Assembly: GCA_947601445.1 (NCBI GenBank)
Contig: CANQGD010000004.1
Coordinates: 1,108-65,107 of the forward strand
Source: an uncultured Clostridia bacterium
Lineage (GTDB): Bacteria; Bacillota; Clostridia; Christensenellales; CAG-314
Direction of reading: 5' to 3'
DNA length: 64,000 nucleotides
The position numbers and the translations under genes are program-made. The notes under the pieces are model-generated. The model had not been told where the DNA came from. It ran no database searches and saw nothing but the letters and a program-made list of their open reading frames with translations. Shown here one piece after another: positions 62,643 to 64,000 of this stretch (position 1 is its first letter; each line of letters opens with the position of its first letter).

Positions 62643-62791
62643 AAAATTCGACGCGAACTTGCTATCCGGTCGAAAAGGAGATTGGGTTATTCCGTCTCCT
62701 TTTTTATTTTCCGCAAAGTCAAAGCCCATAGCGTATAGTAACACTTGTGATAAAACTTTCATAGTTTGAAATGTAAATTGGAGAGTTTGTA

Positions 62792-63013
62792 ATGAAGTAC
62801 AAAAGGTGTCCGCGTTGCGGATTGAACTATATAACGGAAAATCAACGGCTTTGCAAAGTTTGTATAGATGAAATAGAGGGAAGAAAAAGTATTTTTGACG
62901 AAGAAACATTCGGAGAGTTGCTTTGCCCTTACTGTGAAAAAAATCCGATAGATATAGACGATATAATGTGCGCAGAGTGTCGCGCCAAACGAAAAAGAAA
63001 CGGCAACATGTAG
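62792..63013 (+). CDS. Small zinc-ribbon protein (73 aa)
   Basis: Four CxxC pairs (CPRC, CKVC, CPYC, CAEC). SD is GGAGAG. Confidence 0.55.
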   Translation: MKYKRCPRCGLNYITENQRLCKVCIDEIEGRKSIFDEETFGELLCPYCEKNPIDIDDIMCAECRAKRKRNGNM

Positions 63014-63045
63014 ACAAAACCGATAAACTGTGTTACAATCACTGC

Positions 63046-63741
63046 ATGAAAGTTTTTGCGATAAGCGATCTTCATTTGTCCACCGTGGCGGAAAAGCCAA
63101 TGGACATTTTCGGTAAGGCATGGGAAAATTATTTTGAAGAAATTTCTTCCGATTGGCAATCCAAGGTAATGGATGACGACCTTGTTTTGTTGCCCGGCGA
63201 TTTTTCCTGGGCAATGCGTATAGAGGAGGCAATGCCGGACTTTCGGCTTGTGGCGCAGTTGCCCGGGCAAAAAATAATTTTACGAGGTAATCACGATTAT
63301 TGGTGGAACACGCTTTCACAAGTGCGGTCCATGTTGCCTGACGGATTTTATGCATTGCAAAACGATTGTCACCGTTTCGGCGATGTGTTGATTTGCGGTA
63401 CGCGCGGCTGGGTCTGCCCGGATGGGGACAATCTTTCTGCGGAGGATAAGAAGATTTATTTGCGAGAAATAGAGCGGCTTAAACTTTCTCTTTCGGCAAT
63501 GACAAAGATGCGCAAGCCCGATGACAGAGTTATTGCAATGATGCATTATCCGCCTTTCAACGGAAAGTATGACGACAGCGAATTTATTAGGCAGTTGATA
63601 CTTGCGGAAGTTCCTACGGTGGTTTTCGGTCATCTACACGGCAAGGATTGTAGAGCAAATCTTTATATGAAAAAATTCGGTATCGAGTTTTTTCTCACAA
63701 GCTGTGATCTTGTCGGTAATAAACTTACGCAGATAATTTGA
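63046..63741 (+). CDS. Metallophosphoesterase (calcineurin-like)
   Basis: MKVFAISDLH, GDFSW, GNHDYWW, and GHLHG motifs. ATG 63046 chosen. Confidence 0.8.
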   Translation: MKVFAISDLHLSTVAEKPMDIFGKAWENYFEEISSDWQSKVMDDDLVLLPGDFSWAMRIEEAMPDFRLVAQLPGQKIILRGNHDYWWNTLSQVRSMLPDGFYALQNDCHRFGDVLICGTRGWVCPDGDNLSAEDKKIYLREIERLKLSLSAMTKMRKPDDRVIAMMHYPPFNGKYDDSEFIRQLILAEVPTVVFGHLHGKDCRANLYMKKFGIEFFLTSCDLVGNKLTQII

Positions 63742-64000
63742 TTTTTGCTTTTTTGATTTGAATTCTCAACAAAATATTGCAAATAATTTGATATTATGAT
63801 ACAATACAAATAAAGATATTCCTACGTTTTTTCGTCGGCTGATTTATCGTTGAAAATTTTGACAATTTATCGCTTTTGCGATCGAAAATTGTTTTTTAAT
63901 GAAATTTTTGTAAAATTTATTTCTAAAATGAGACATTTTATGACAAATTTAATGATCTCAAAATTTTTTTTAAAAAAGTGGTCGGAAATGGTTGAAAATG

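Noticed and set aside
62759-63355. 198-aa minus-strand ORF and other frames overlapping the zinc-ribbon and metallophosphoesterase genes
   Set aside because: They lie opposite two plus-strand genes with clear motifs (CxxC pairs; GNHDYWW and GHLHG). They have no SD.
1-64000. CRISPR arrays, rRNA genes, IS elements, restriction-modification, toxin-antitoxin or other recognisable defence systems
   Set aside because: I scanned for regularly spaced direct repeats, transposase- or integrase-like ORFs and typical defence domains among all ORFs of at least 60 aa. None was found.
63929-64000. Open frame running off the right edge (MRHFMTNLMISKFFLKKWSEMVEN...)
   Set aside because: It is too short, lies in AT-rich low-complexity sequence and has no SD. 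A promoter-like TTGCAA-17-TACAAT at 63777-63805 exists, but its target is unclear.

Overview
This 64-kb chromosomal segment looks like a spore-forming Clostridia-type Firmicute. The evidence is a Spo0A-like regulator, the yqfC-yqfD-phoH-pgpH-ybeY-era-yqzL-recO block, a YhcN/YlaJ-like protein and a BclA-like collagen protein. Most of the window is housekeeping or transport: cysE, degV, a GH3 beta-glucosidase, pgi-hisS, two cation P-type ATPases, an ABC-F ATPase, deoC, copA-csoR, a heterodimeric ABC exporter, fba, a three-gene ABC importer, an arsR-HMA-cadA-like operon and mgtE behind a clear M-box riboswitch. Three tRNAs are present: Leu-UAA, Leu-CAA and Arg-CCG. I found no transposase, integrase, CRISPR array, phage module or recognisable defence or biosynthetic gene cluster. 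The most interesting item is an unclassified, highly nested ~200-nt leader RNA at 28588-28792. It has a near-consensus promoter, a perfect 15-bp closing helix, at least four nested helices and its own terminator. It precedes two small family-less membrane-protein genes in an AT-rich, tRNA-proximal islet (about 28.4-31.8 kb). That islet also holds an unexplained ~150-nt GC-rich non-coding island. Other items worth follow-up are a Spo0A-like protein whose receiver domain lacks the phospho-acceptor Asp (Glu instead), a promoter-leader-terminator unit of unassigned class in front of an ECF S-component gene, and two candidate spore-surface proteins. All product calls rest on motif recognition by eye; no database search was run.
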